From assembly GCA_963780185.1 (NCBI GenBank), contig CAWABA010000005.1:96001-160000 (forward strand): DNA of 64,000 bases. Direction: 5' to 3'. The position numbers and the translations under genes are program-made. The stretch comes from Candidatus Bathyarchaeota archaeon. GTDB taxonomy: Archaea > Thermoproteota > Bathyarchaeia > Bathyarchaeales > Bathycorpusculaceae. Under the pieces are notes generated by a model. The model searched no databases and had not been told where the DNA came from. It saw nothing but the letters and a program-made list of their open reading frames with translations. The stretch's first letter is position 1; every line of letters starts with the position of its first letter. Positions 32,920-43,136 of this stretch are shown here, piece by piece.

Positions 32920-33147
32920 ATGCACAAAAAAAATACCCGAAAACTGCAGGAAAGAAAAATCCGCGGCATCATCCTTCGCGGCAGCTTCTACGACCGAGCC
33001 CTCGGCGAAGCCATCTCCAAGATGAATCGTGTCGACGTGTTGTCGGCGCTTGCGGAGCCTGTTGAGGTTCATTTGGTTCCTGATGTTGAGCGGGGCGAGG
33101 TTTTGATTGATCCTCGGGGTACGGGTAGTTTGCAGGGTTCGGGTTGA
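32920..33147 (+). CDS. Hypothetical protein of the viral-like operon
   Basis: 75-aa ORF in the operon between the RHH gene and the terS-like gene. Confidence 0.45.
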   Translation: MHKKNTRKLQERKIRGIILRGSFYDRALGEAISKMNRVDVLSALAEPVEVHLVPDVERGEVLIDPRGTGSLQGSG

Positions 33148-33214
33148 TTTTGGTTTCATTTTTACCTTTGGTTTTTGATGTAAAAATGGGGGTAGGGTCC
33201 CTTTTTGGTGGTGA

Positions 33215-33616
33215 ATGTTTATGCGTTATAGGTTAAGTCTTGAGAGTCGTGTCAATGTTCGCGTCTGCAAGATGCGCCGCATCTTCCATGTCGACACACA
33301 AAACACCCGCAAAAAACTCCTCATCCACCTAGAAGACCTCTTCGAAATCTCCAGCAACTACGCCCGCGGAAAAGTCACCCACATCACCGACGAAACAGGA
33401 AAACAACGCCTCCTAACAGTCGCCGAACGACAATTCTACGCAAAAATCTCCGCCTACATCGCCCAAATCATCAACAACCTCGCCAAAGGCATCGACGAAC
33501 GGCAAATCGACAAAGACCTCGACCAGCTGGAAGCCATGCTGAAAAAGACTGCTGCGGGCAAAGAGGGCGCTGGCAAGGTCGAGTTTGGAGTAGGTTGCCA
33601 GCATGGAGAGGTTTAG
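33215..33616 (+). CDS. Helical protein, candidate terminase small subunit (DERQIDKD gene)
   Basis: A copy of its 3' end (DERQIDKD) at ~49000 overlaps the terL2 start, implying ancestral terS-terL coupling; start may be 33272. Confidence 0.5.
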   Translation: MFMRYRLSLESRVNVRVCKMRRIFHVDTQNTRKKLLIHLEDLFEISSNYARGKVTHITDETGKQRLLTVAERQFYAKISAYIAQIINNLAKGIDERQIDKDLDQLEAMLKKTAAGKEGAGKVEFGVGCQHGEV

Positions 33617-34429
33617 AGCTGCTTTGCTTGCCTCACGCTTCTGCGGCGATAAAACAGGGTGGCAGCCACCAAAACGACAACCACAACAGACAATCCCATT
33701 ATTGCAGAATTCTCCCAGCCAAGACCAAACAATGAAAACGGCTGTGCGCTAGGATTGACCGAATCACTGCTAAGATTTATTATTTTCGTGGCGCTCCAAC
33801 CGCTGCTTTCCCCACTAAAAACATTCTGTTCCCCTCTCCCGCCCAATGGGGCGGGTGTAGTCTGGATGGTTGTATAATACCCTGAGAGCGCTTCTACTTG
33901 AAAATCCACTTGACCGTGGTCTAAATCGCCCCCGATCTTAACGGGGTAGTAATCAGAGCCGTTATTTCCGCTCAACCCATAATCTATTACAGTATATTGC
34001 GCATTTGGAGAAACTAAAGAAACCACTCCTCCTGACTCTTGAGTCAAAGAGTTGGAAGCCGTAACATAAATTCCTCCCAGAGAACTCGATATTTCAGTCC
34101 AAGCACCACCGAAATGCCCCTTGAACCGGACATTATAATTCAACCTTATGTTATTCCCACTTTGGTCTTGAAAATTGTTGAAGTTTTGGTTCTTTATTAT
34201 GACCTCTATTGAACGATTTTGTACATGATAACCTGCCTGAACCAACTCTGTCTTACCTGTGTAAGGATTGTTTGCATAAGTTGGTGAGATGTCGTAAGAG
34301 TGGTCAGAGTACTTCAAAGTAAACTCCGGAACAGAACGGCTTAGCTACCTCTGAACTTGCGGAGCTAGTCATCATAAGAATTGATAAAAAAAACATAGCG
34401 AGAAGCAGAATGCCACTAAACTTATCCAT
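33613..34429 (-). CDS. Secreted, C-terminally anchored surface protein (paralog family A), frameshift near the N-terminus
   Basis: Signal peptide from ATG 34429, SVPEFT, IKNQ, YNVRFKGH, QVDFQVEA, SGWS, C-terminal TM. Confidence 0.7.
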
Positions 34430-34691
34430 GCCGAGTATTTTATTTTTTTAATATATAAGATTTGCCTTTCTCGTACTAAAACCGTTGATTTCAAAATTTC
34501 TTCTGATTAAGGAAATACGAATTGCTCTGACGTAAAATTATAATGCCAAGTTGATGACCAAACATGTCAGAAAACAAAAAAATACGAAACAGCTTGAGTG
34601 GAGCTCGGCTGGCAGACTTTGGAAGCTCAATGGAGCATTCCATTATTAGCCATTTGGAAAATAGAAGTTTGAATCAAGAGGAGGTGAAAGC

Positions 34692-35885
34692 ATGACCGTT
34701 TATGCACCAAGATTTACAAAGGAACAGATAGTTGAGGGTATATGGGGTTGGACAGGCAGTTCTTGGACACCCGGTCTGACGTTCCTAGCTGGGCCCTCTA
34801 ATAATCGCCCAACCACTGCACCAGACATGACATTATGGTATGAAACAGATACCTCAACTCTATGGCAGTACCATAATAGTTGGTCAAATCTGTACGGTCC
34901 TGGCAATGAGGTTCCAACTTCAGGTAGCGATCCAAGCTCTTCATCTCTAGGAGCTTTTGTTAATAGATATGACCTTGGAGTGATTAAGGAATGCACCAAT
35001 ACCGCTGGTCCTGTCTGGATAAACATGGGATCAAATCAGGAGGGCTTGCCTACTGGTACTTTGAATACAAATCTACTTGCCGCCAATGGATACTCTGGGT
35101 TGGCATTTACTGATACGGATCAGAATCTGTCGGCGAATCTCTATCTTATACTAAGAGGTGACGGACCCCCTTATGACCCGTTATTAGCGACGGATCAAGG
35201 TCTGGTTGTCAAGAAGGACATTTCGGCTGGTGGAATGTTAGCCAGCAATCAAGGAATATTGGGTCTTGGTAGCGGATTTACTAGCGCGGATGAACCTCCG
35301 AAGATATGGCTAACTCACACTCAAGAACTTGGGAATCAAGACACGCTTTACCTCAAGCAACTTAACCTGACTACACCTGCGCATTTGGATTTGGGTAACC
35401 TGACTAGCCACGGTGTCATTACCCTCTCTGCTGAAAACGGCAATATTGCGATGCCCTACGCAGGCTGGATTCAGTTTGGCAACCTCACTTCTACGTCGTC
35501 AAAGATTAGCTGGGCGCAGGGAACAAGAAATTTCTGGTCGGCGTACGCAATAGAATTATGGGGTTGGAACCCAAATACCTCATCGTGGGAGGCCGGTACG
35601 TTGATTGCTAGCAACATTCAGGTTGACCATTTGGACAGTTGTACTGGCGCTGGCATAACATTCTTTGACCATCTAAATCTTACATCCCCTCTCTATCTTG
35701 GATACACCGATCAAAACTCTGTCTGGCATGGCGTCAAACTTTATGACTCAACAGGGTCATCTGGGTCAAATGGCCAGTTCTTGCAAGTCAACAGTTCCGG
35801 CTATCCACAATGGACAACTTGTACACTATCGACGTCCGCTCCTTCTCCGCCGCAGAACGGCAACATCTGGTTAACGCTACCTTGA
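34692..35885 (+). CDS. Tail-fibre/minor-structural-like protein, cassette 1
   Basis: Shares core TDQGLVVKKD...NQG...PPKIWLT...DTLYL...AHLDLGNLT with the S74-bearing fibres; GGAGGTG SD; ends SPPQNGNIWL. Confidence 0.6.
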   Translation: MTVYAPRFTKEQIVEGIWGWTGSSWTPGLTFLAGPSNNRPTTAPDMTLWYETDTSTLWQYHNSWSNLYGPGNEVPTSGSDPSSSSLGAFVNRYDLGVIKECTNTAGPVWINMGSNQEGLPTGTLNTNLLAANGYSGLAFTDTDQNLSANLYLILRGDGPPYDPLLATDQGLVVKKDISAGGMLASNQGILGLGSGFTSADEPPKIWLTHTQELGNQDTLYLKQLNLTTPAHLDLGNLTSHGVITLSAENGNIAMPYAGWIQFGNLTSTSSKISWAQGTRNFWSAYAIELWGWNPNTSSWEAGTLIASNIQVDHLDSCTGAGITFFDHLNLTSPLYLGYTDQNSVWHGVKLYDSTGSSGSNGQFLQVNSSGYPQWTTCTLSTSAPSPPQNGNIWLTLP

Positions 35886-35895
35886 GGAATGGCTT

Positions 35896-36879
35896 GTGGT
35901 AAATTACCAGTTGAACTACCTGAGGATCCGAATAGGGAGCTCTACTTATGCTCTCTGTTTGGTTTCTAACGGCAACGGGAACCCTAACATGGGCGGTATC
36001 CCTCATGTGCAAAGAGGCGGAACAACATACGACATCTATCTGGTTGAAACAAACGACCCCTATGCCAGTCCCGCGAGGATGCGAACAAGCGGCGGCACCA
36101 AAGCAATACGATATTTTACAGAATACCTCGATACTAGCCACGGCGACACCTCACACTCCGATGCCACACCGCACACTAACAGCGCCCACACTGACCACTC
36201 AAACAACATCCCGCACACAGACGGAATCTACTATAATGATGTAGCCCATTCAGATTTTACCTATTCAGACTTTAGCGATGTTCCCCATACTGATATTGCC
36301 CATCAGAACGCTGCTGCCCACTCCGATGTTGCCCACAATGATGTCAGCCACAGCGATCAAAGCAACCACACGAACTACGATGACTGGGCATATTATCAAG
36401 ACAGTTTCGGTGACTACCCAGACAGCCAATTCTACAGCGACTTTGATAACTACTCGGATGTCACTCACACCGATTCCGCGCACTCGGACCTAGGCGTCGG
36501 ACATACTGACTCCAACTCGCACACTAACTATACCGACTGGCCCTACTACCAAGATGACTTCGGTGACCACTCAGATAACGTCGGACCATACAGCGATTTC
36601 AACGACCACGCAAATACTGCGGGCGGCCACGGCGATTCCCCTCATTATGACGTCGCCCATTCCAACGCTGGAACATACAACGACTACAACGATTCCTACT
36701 TCCATCAAGATCTGTGGGGGCCACCGCACAGCGACATACCTCATAGCGACAACCCGAACTATTACGGCGACGGAGGCTACACTGACCATGAAGATGTACA
36801 CTCGGACTTCAGCAACCACAGCGACATTGCCCACGCAAATGGTTCACACTCCGACCACGAAGACGTTCCAACCTTCTAA
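35896..36879 (+). CDS. His/Asp-rich protein with ~50 [H/Y/F]-x-[D/N] motifs; putative radical-SAM substrate
   Basis: ~80-aa N-terminal domain, then HGD/HSD/HTD/YSD/FSD/YND repeats to the C-terminus. Confidence 0.8.
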   Translation: MVNYQLNYLRIRIGSSTYALCLVSNGNGNPNMGGIPHVQRGGTTYDIYLVETNDPYASPARMRTSGGTKAIRYFTEYLDTSHGDTSHSDATPHTNSAHTDHSNNIPHTDGIYYNDVAHSDFTYSDFSDVPHTDIAHQNAAAHSDVAHNDVSHSDQSNHTNYDDWAYYQDSFGDYPDSQFYSDFDNYSDVTHTDSAHSDLGVGHTDSNSHTNYTDWPYYQDDFGDHSDNVGPYSDFNDHANTAGGHGDSPHYDVAHSNAGTYNDYNDSYFHQDLWGPPHSDIPHSDNPNYYGDGGYTDHEDVHSDFSNHSDIAHANGSHSDHEDVPTF

Positions 36880-36900
36880 CGCGAAATTGAGGGAATTTAT

Positions 36901-37602
36901 TTGGACGAAGAAACTAGCCGCGAAATTCAAACAAGCATAAGCCAGTGTCTACCTAAAAACGCCAATGTACTTTTCTTAAGTTTGACGGGCAGCCGAGCTT
37001 TCGGGTGGGCTGCGGACTCGCAAGACTACGATGTACACGGCGTCTTTCTCTGCAATAACTACTGGGACTGGGTACACTCGGGAAAACAAAGCTTCGATAT
37101 CAACCTCTACGAATTCACCCACGTAGCATCTGACATACACAACCAGCATTTCGAGCAATTCATGAATTGGTCAAACCCCTTCTACGTCGACAGCAAATTT
37201 GACTTAGATGGCCTACTTCAATTTTGCACTCCCGAGGCAGTCAAACAAAAACAAGGAGACATCCAAGCGCAAATTAACCGATTCAAATTTGACCAGTCGC
37301 CCAGAACTGCCTTGCACGCTTACAGAATACTGATGATTCCGATTTACTTTCTGGAAAACAGCAAGTTTGAGCTAAACGTCTTCAAAATAAACGAAAAATA
37401 CAGCTTCGAACAGCTAAGCAAACTCAAAGACGCCTACAACATACCAGGCAAACCATTCGACATAACCAAAGTAAACGACGATTTAGACTATTTGCTCAAG
37501 CTGTATAATCAGATGCTTACCGTAAAAACAATTGGACCTGACCCATCAACAGCCAGTGAATGGATGAAAAACGTAAGGGCAAAATATGCAGGAGAAAACT
37601 AA
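36901..37602 (+). CDS. Pol-beta superfamily nucleotidyltransferase (PF10127/RlaP-like)
   Basis: LTGSRAFGWAADSQDYDVHGVF = GS...DxD motif. Confidence 0.75.
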   Translation: MDEETSREIQTSISQCLPKNANVLFLSLTGSRAFGWAADSQDYDVHGVFLCNNYWDWVHSGKQSFDINLYEFTHVASDIHNQHFEQFMNWSNPFYVDSKFDLDGLLQFCTPEAVKQKQGDIQAQINRFKFDQSPRTALHAYRILMIPIYFLENSKFELNVFKINEKYSFEQLSKLKDAYNIPGKPFDITKVNDDLDYLLKLYNQMLTVKTIGPDPSTASEWMKNVRAKYAGEN

Positions 37603-38869
37603 AATGACTATACTTGTCGTACCGAGCCTGAACTGCAACTTGCATTGTGGCTACTGTTTTGCACACGGATATGATTGGAACACCGCTACAACCTACAACC
37701 TTGAAGCCATGCTTGAATCAATGGAAACGCTGCATAATGAAACCAAAGGCGACAGCTTCTGCTTGCACGGCGGAGAATGTACTCTTATCAATAGAAGAGA
37801 CTTGGAAACTATTCTTAAAAAAATGTATGATTTGCAAGGCTGCTCATCTTTGCAAACGAATTGTTACAAAATAGACAATGACTTGGTTAGGCTTTTCAAA
37901 AACTACAAGACTTCAATAGGAGTTAGCATCGACGGCGATGGCTCCTTGAACGCTTTAAGAGGCTTTCCTGAAGACGAAGAAAAAAACAAGCAATACACAG
38001 ATCAAGTGCTAAACAACATTTTCACCCTCTACAAAGAGGGAATATCGGTGGGCCTCATAGTTGTTCTGACGAAGGTCAACGCTGACTCTGACGCCAAACT
38101 CGAAAGGCTGGTGCAGTTCATTCTGATGCTAAAAGGCCATGGAATCAAAGGCGGGCGATTCAACATTATGTGGAGCAACTATTCTGATAACAAGAAGTAC
38201 GAGTTGACTTCCGAAGAAGCTTCCCACGCATGGGTATACCTGTATGAACATCTCAAAAAATACAGCGACCTCCAATGGCAGCCTTTCCGAGAATTTACGG
38301 ATAACTTGCTGGGGTTCGGGCACTCAAGCTGCTCCTACGGAAAATGCGACTACTTCTGCACCAGCACAAAAGTGATCTTGCCCGACGGCTCATATGGGAA
38401 TTGCGACAGAACTCACCAGGAAGGCTCCACATACACAAGAGCTCAGATGTCATACGAAAGATATGAAGTTCTCAAGCAAACCGACTGCTGCAAATGCAAA
38501 TTCTGGGACGTCTGCTACGGCGGCTGCCCATCCGAAGGCCAAGACGGGGACTGGAGAAACAAAAGCAGATGGTGCAAACCCATATACGACATGTATTCTG
38601 CAATAGAAAGCGATCTCGAAGCCATGTTACCTAATGTAAAACTTATGGTTGACTATCAGGGAAACGAAGATTACTTTGACGCAATCAGAAAAGGAGCCAT
38701 GAACGAACCCTTCGAAAAAATGACCGCTACAACAGCCAACAACCCATCCAGCTGGCGTCAAGTATCCCTAAAGAAAAAACCTGCGGATCAGAACAAGCCA
38801 ACCAATAATCAACCTAAAGGGATGATACATGGCGACTTCACCAACAAGGGAGGAGACCAAAAATGTTAG
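37586..38869 (+). CDS. Radical SAM/SPASM domain maturase
   Basis: CNLHCGYC, LHGGE, GVSIDG, SPASM Cys set (CSYGKC, GNCD, CCKCKFWDVCYGGCP, WC). Confidence 0.9.
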   Translation: MQEKTKMTILVVPSLNCNLHCGYCFAHGYDWNTATTYNLEAMLESMETLHNETKGDSFCLHGGECTLINRRDLETILKKMYDLQGCSSLQTNCYKIDNDLVRLFKNYKTSIGVSIDGDGSLNALRGFPEDEEKNKQYTDQVLNNIFTLYKEGISVGLIVVLTKVNADSDAKLERLVQFILMLKGHGIKGGRFNIMWSNYSDNKKYELTSEEASHAWVYLYEHLKKYSDLQWQPFREFTDNLLGFGHSSCSYGKCDYFCTSTKVILPDGSYGNCDRTHQEGSTYTRAQMSYERYEVLKQTDCCKCKFWDVCYGGCPSEGQDGDWRNKSRWCKPIYDMYSAIESDLEAMLPNVKLMVDYQGNEDYFDAIRKGAMNEPFEKMTATTANNPSSWRQVSLKKKPADQNKPTNNQPKGMIHGDFTNKGGDQKC

Positions 38870-39816
38870 AAATTCAGCCATTCGTGAAGATCGCGTGGAA
38901 TGACAACGCAACAAAAAACCAATACTCCGATATGCTTGAAAAAGTCAAGAGGCTTTCGTTTGATGCAGAATACGAAATGGTAAAGCGCGGCTTAAGAAAA
39001 GCAAATGTTTACCATATGACCCCGAGGAACTTTGACGTGGAAATCGAGAAAATAACTAGAGACGGCTTGGTGTTTCTGCCGATGGTTAGAAGTAAATCGT
39101 ACAATGGATTCAGCCACAGACATTACCCGGTGAACGAGTTAGACTTCAACTGCTTCGTGTATGGCGTTGTAGCCCAGAACCTGGAGACTGCACAGAAATT
39201 CTGCGACGCCTCTAAAGTCGGCGATCACGTCACACAAGGAGAACTGCTCGGTTACCCTAAATGCTGCAGTGAAGCCTTCCAAAAGAACTGGGCGAACGGC
39301 GTTTTAGATCCCTGCTTCGAAGCTGCGATTAACACTAACTACTCTGTAAGATACCAAAACAAAGTGCTCGTTGAGGGAGATGGCTTAACAAATGTGATGC
39401 TGCGGTACTTCGGCGTAAAAGTAATCCCGTTCTTCCCTTGCAGTTACACTTGCGAAGAAGCTCTGAAGGTTGCTGACGTATGGTTTGACCTGATGAAATC
39501 AATGGATTCTGACGTTGCCGCTGTCGCCTTGGACTTGCTGAATCAACCCTTGACGTGGAGCCTCTACAAGCAAATCATCTACATCTCGACAACGCGGTTC
39601 AAAGGAATAGTCAACGGTTACGAGTGCGCTGACAGAAAGGACATAATTTGGAATGCAGAAAACAAAGAAACAAAAGAACTGCCGTTTCTAAAGCCGATTG
39701 AGGTAGAGTTACAAGGTGAATCTTCCATTCAACCTTTAAGTCCTCAAAAAACTGAAGCCAAACTGAAAACTTGCAAAAAACGCTCTTCAGATTTCGTTAA
39801 CCCTGCCAAAGAATGA
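38863..39816 (+). CDS. Cys-motif hypothetical protein (DUF483-like)
   Basis: GELLGYPKCCSEAF and PFFPCSYTC motifs; overlaps the rSAM stop. Confidence 0.6.
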   Translation: MLEIQPFVKIAWNDNATKNQYSDMLEKVKRLSFDAEYEMVKRGLRKANVYHMTPRNFDVEIEKITRDGLVFLPMVRSKSYNGFSHRHYPVNELDFNCFVYGVVAQNLETAQKFCDASKVGDHVTQGELLGYPKCCSEAFQKNWANGVLDPCFEAAINTNYSVRYQNKVLVEGDGLTNVMLRYFGVKVIPFFPCSYTCEEALKVADVWFDLMKSMDSDVAAVALDLLNQPLTWSLYKQIIYISTTRFKGIVNGYECADRKDIIWNAENKETKELPFLKPIEVELQGESSIQPLSPQKTEAKLKTCKKRSSDFVNPAKE

Positions 39817-39894
39817 TGTCAACATAGAAATCAACAACAAGAAACGAAAAAATCACTTTTTTACAAATAAATCGACTTGAAAGGGGGGATACGA

Positions 39895-40101
39895 ATGAGT
39901 GAAAAACAAGGAGCTACTTCTGCTCAAATGTCACCGATACCTCAGCACGTCGCTATGCTGAACCTGCGAATTAACGATATGATGACGCAGCTTAACACGG
40001 TTATGAAAGCGATTTTGGACGAGAACAACGCGTTAAAGCAGGAGAATGCTGAATTGAGAGCTAAACCGCAAACGGCAAGCCAGTCAACAAACAAGCAATA
40101 A
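39895..40101 (+). CDS. Small coiled-coil protein, copy 1
   Basis: QHVAMLNLRINDMMTQLNTVMKAILDENNALKQENAEL. Confidence 0.75.
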   Translation: MSEKQGATSAQMSPIPQHVAMLNLRINDMMTQLNTVMKAILDENNALKQENAELRAKPQTASQSTNKQ

Positions 40102-40260
40102 ACCTTTGGTTTGCTGAACAACCTTTTTTCTTTTTTCTTCATTTAGAGATTTTCAACTGATATTTCAATTGGAACTGACGAGCGTCAAATCGACAATGAC
40201 CTAGACACGCTGGAAGTGATGCTGAAGAAAACCGCGGCGGATGCGGCTGCGGGTTTGGAT
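40102..40260 (+). repeat. Junction repeat R1 (T-tract + GAGATTTTCAACTGATATTTCAAT + terS-like 3' fragment)
   Basis: Near-identical to 44902-45105 and 48922-49120; the distal part matches 33490-33560. Confidence 0.8.
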
Positions 40261-40283
40261 GTTGAAAGCCGCCATGAATAGGG

Positions 40284-41622
40284 TTAGACCTGTTTGGTTT
40301 GTTTTGCGTTTTTGCCGCGGTAGAACAGGGTGGCAGCCACCAAAACTACAACGGCGATAGTCAACCCCACAATCGCGATTTCCATCCAGCCAACGCCGAA
40401 AAGCACTCCTGTCTGAGTGTTTGGCTGCTGTGATGTTGCTGTAGAAGTTTGGGTTTGTGAAGTTGCGGGATGGCTGGGTTGGCTTGTTGTTTGGGGGTTA
40501 GGTGTTGGTATGGGCGCCTTCGGGTCAGGCGCGGCCTCTGTGTTTGGCGAGGTTAAGATCGGCGTAAACGTCACTGTGCCAACGTTGTAGTTGTCTTTGT
40601 GGTCGTAGATCGTCTGGTTGATTACTGAGAGGTCAGTTGTTCCCCACCAATTATTTATGGCAGTTACGTCGCCAGCCGTTGAACTGTAATTGCCCTGTTG
40701 CCCCAAGTAAATGTTGTATTGAGTGTTTTGTTCAAAATTGTTGTATACAATTGTCGGCGTTGGTGAACCAGCGTATGCGCCATTTGAATTATAGATGTTT
40801 ACGCCTATTGTGTCACTAGCAATTGTATTATTTTCAATTATGGGTTGTGAGTTTCCGTAAATGGCAATTCCGATATTGGCGGCATCGATTAAATTCCTTT
40901 CAATAACAGGTGTGCCTCCGCCAACGGCTATTACGCCCTGAGAAAAAGTTTGACCGCTAACGTGGTTATCAGATACGACAGCCCTGCTTGAGCTAAAAAG
41001 ACCAATAGCATATTGCCCCGAACCCACAAGGGTGTTATTGGTGATTATGGGTGAACCATCATTAACCGTTATTGGATTACTGATTGGATTACTGAGTCTG
41101 TTGCTGGAAATTACAGGTGAACCTCCGTTAACAGTTATGCTGCCAAAATCCAGATTTTGCGTTATTTTTGGAGACGCATTACTTACGATAATGGGAAAAT
41201 CACCTCCACTATATGCGTTTTCGATAATGCTGCCACTGCCAGTTTGCTCGTTCCAAGCGCTGCCTAGACGGGGTAAAAACAATTGATCCAGTATAAGAAC
41301 TATCTAGGGCTGTGGTGAATTGTATCCATTTGTTTGGATCGCCCTCTGCCTGTAGAGTGCCGTTCACAAGCAATGCGTATCCGTTTAAAAGTACTGAAGT
41401 TCCTGGCTCAATCTTAAGCGTTACACCCCTGTCCACAGTCACCGGACCTGATATGTTATATGGACTGTTGGTCTGTGTCCATGTCGTGTCTGAAGCGATG
41501 TCCCCCGTGACGGGCGTATAATGTGAACCTATCTGCGCAAACGAGGTGCAAGAAATACTAGCAAAAAACAACCCGCAAACTATGATAGCTATTAGTAAGA
41601 GTGTGTAGGCGGGTTTTTGCAA
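40284..41622 (-). CDS. Secreted right-handed beta-helix (NosD/pectin-lyase-like) protein with a C-terminal TM; frameshift near 41270
   Basis: WTQTNSPY, LKIEPG, SPxIxNN repeats, NNWWGTT; C-terminal TM like 33613. Confidence 0.75.
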
Positions 41623-41709
41623 TCTGTATCTCTCTTATTGGGAGTAAGCGGTTGTTTAGATAAAAGACTTGTGAATTTTCGGCGTTTTGAATCTACCCGG
41701 AGATTTTAG

Positions 41710-41800
41710 ATGAAGCAGCATCAGAGTTCGCGGTTGCGGCGGATGGTGGGGAGCCGTCGAGAAAGTTTGCGGGCGCCTGAATGGAGCTCACGCGAACGGT
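41710..41800 (+). pseudogene. 5' fragment of terminase large subunit
   Basis: MKQHQSSRLRRMVGSRRESLRAPE matches terL2 start MKQRQQTRLRRMVGSDQESQKAPE. Confidence 0.7.
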
Positions 41801-41816
41801 CCAATAATCGCTAACT

Positions 41817-41858
41817 TGTCAAGAAACCTTGACTTAAATCAGTCAAGAAAGTTTGACG
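41817..41858. repeat. TTGACT-N6-AGTCAA multi-box site, copy 2
   Basis: TGTCAA gaaacc TTGACT taaatc AGTCAA gaaagt TTGACG. Confidence 0.78.
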
Positions 41859-41919
41859 AATAACTTTTTATTGAGTGCAATGCTACTGGCATTTACTACT
41901 ACGAGGGGTTTAGATCGAT

Positions 41920-42642
41920 ATGGACAAACAGCGTAAAGGTTTGGCCTCAATCTTGATTCTTGTCGTTGCTATCTCATGCCTGACCTTATCGATGGTTAAA
42001 TTTGTAAATGCCCAGTCAGTACATGTTCCCGAATTCACGGTAAAATACGTATCTTCATCCTACAATACTACAGACCCGTATAAGGGGATAAGTCAGCAAG
42101 TTGACAACAACAGCATAGTTGTGTCCATCAAAAACAACCCGTTGTACTATCAAGGTCAACAGGCTATAATATACTACAATGTCACGACAAAAGGTCACTT
42201 TGAAGCAAATTGGACATATATCCTTACAATTGCTCTGAATCTAACTAATGGACCGCTATATCATCTTCCACAATCTCTTGAAACAAACTATGGATTAGCA
42301 TCATCAAACTCATCATATAAGGACATTGTCATTCCCGCGAACCAATATCAGCCTAATTCACAAATTGACTTCAGAGTTCAAGAACTTGAATTAAACTCGT
42401 CTCAAGTTACGATCTACCCACCTAACGGTGGCGACCCAAGCATTGAAACAGCTTACTATCTGGTAGGAACCAGTGACTGGAGCACGACTCAAACGGTAAC
42501 AGTACATGCAAGCTCTGCCTCGCCAACTCCTTCAATACCAGAAATCCCAACTTTAATCCCGCCTTTGTTACTTTTATCGATAGCTGCTGCTGCACTGCTT
42601 ATATTCAGGAAAGTTGGATCATCAGTGCCAAAGGTTTGTTAA
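41920..42642 (+). CDS. Secreted, C-terminally anchored surface protein (family A)
   Basis: Signal peptide, VPEFT, IKNNP, YNVTTKGH, QIDFRVQ, SDWS, IPE+TM. Confidence 0.75.
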   Translation: MDKQRKGLASILILVVAISCLTLSMVKFVNAQSVHVPEFTVKYVSSSYNTTDPYKGISQQVDNNSIVVSIKNNPLYYQGQQAIIYYNVTTKGHFEANWTYILTIALNLTNGPLYHLPQSLETNYGLASSNSSYKDIVIPANQYQPNSQIDFRVQELELNSSQVTIYPPNGGDPSIETAYYLVGTSDWSTTQTVTVHASSASPTPSIPEIPTLIPPLLLLSIAAAALLIFRKVGSSVPKVC

Positions 42643-43136
42643 GACTATCGTGCAGCAAACCTTTCATAGCTGCTTAGTCTCGAGCCAGGTGCAAGGCGAA
42701 TCAGCCAGTTGGTTTATTGAGAAATTTAAACCAATGGCTTTTGTATATTCGGACAGATTGAATGAGACGAGCGGTTTGAGTAATATGCTAACAATAAGCT
42801 GTACTTGTAGTTTCTTCAATTTTCACTTTAAAATATAAAGCATAAAAAAAAACAAACTTTTTATAAAATTCTGAGAAAAATCCTTTGACCTCTATCAACT
42901 TGTGAAGTAATTAATGTTTCTTCTCCAGGTCGAAAATATTCGGCCAATACGATTGATTTTCTGCGTTTTCAGTCGAATTATTTGTTTACAGTAACAAAGG
43001 AAATTGTAAAAAATTCAAAAAGTTTTTTGGTGAATAAGATGAACGAAAACCAACAACAAGATTGGGAATGCTTGATTGGAGTATTCCTGTTTAAAACGAT
43101 GGAAATTGAGAGCTTAATTAATCTGGAGGTGAAACT

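Noticed and set aside
36140-36879. CRISPR-like or tandem DNA repeat
   Set aside because: Repetition is at the peptide level with synonymous variation; no constant repeat-spacer unit
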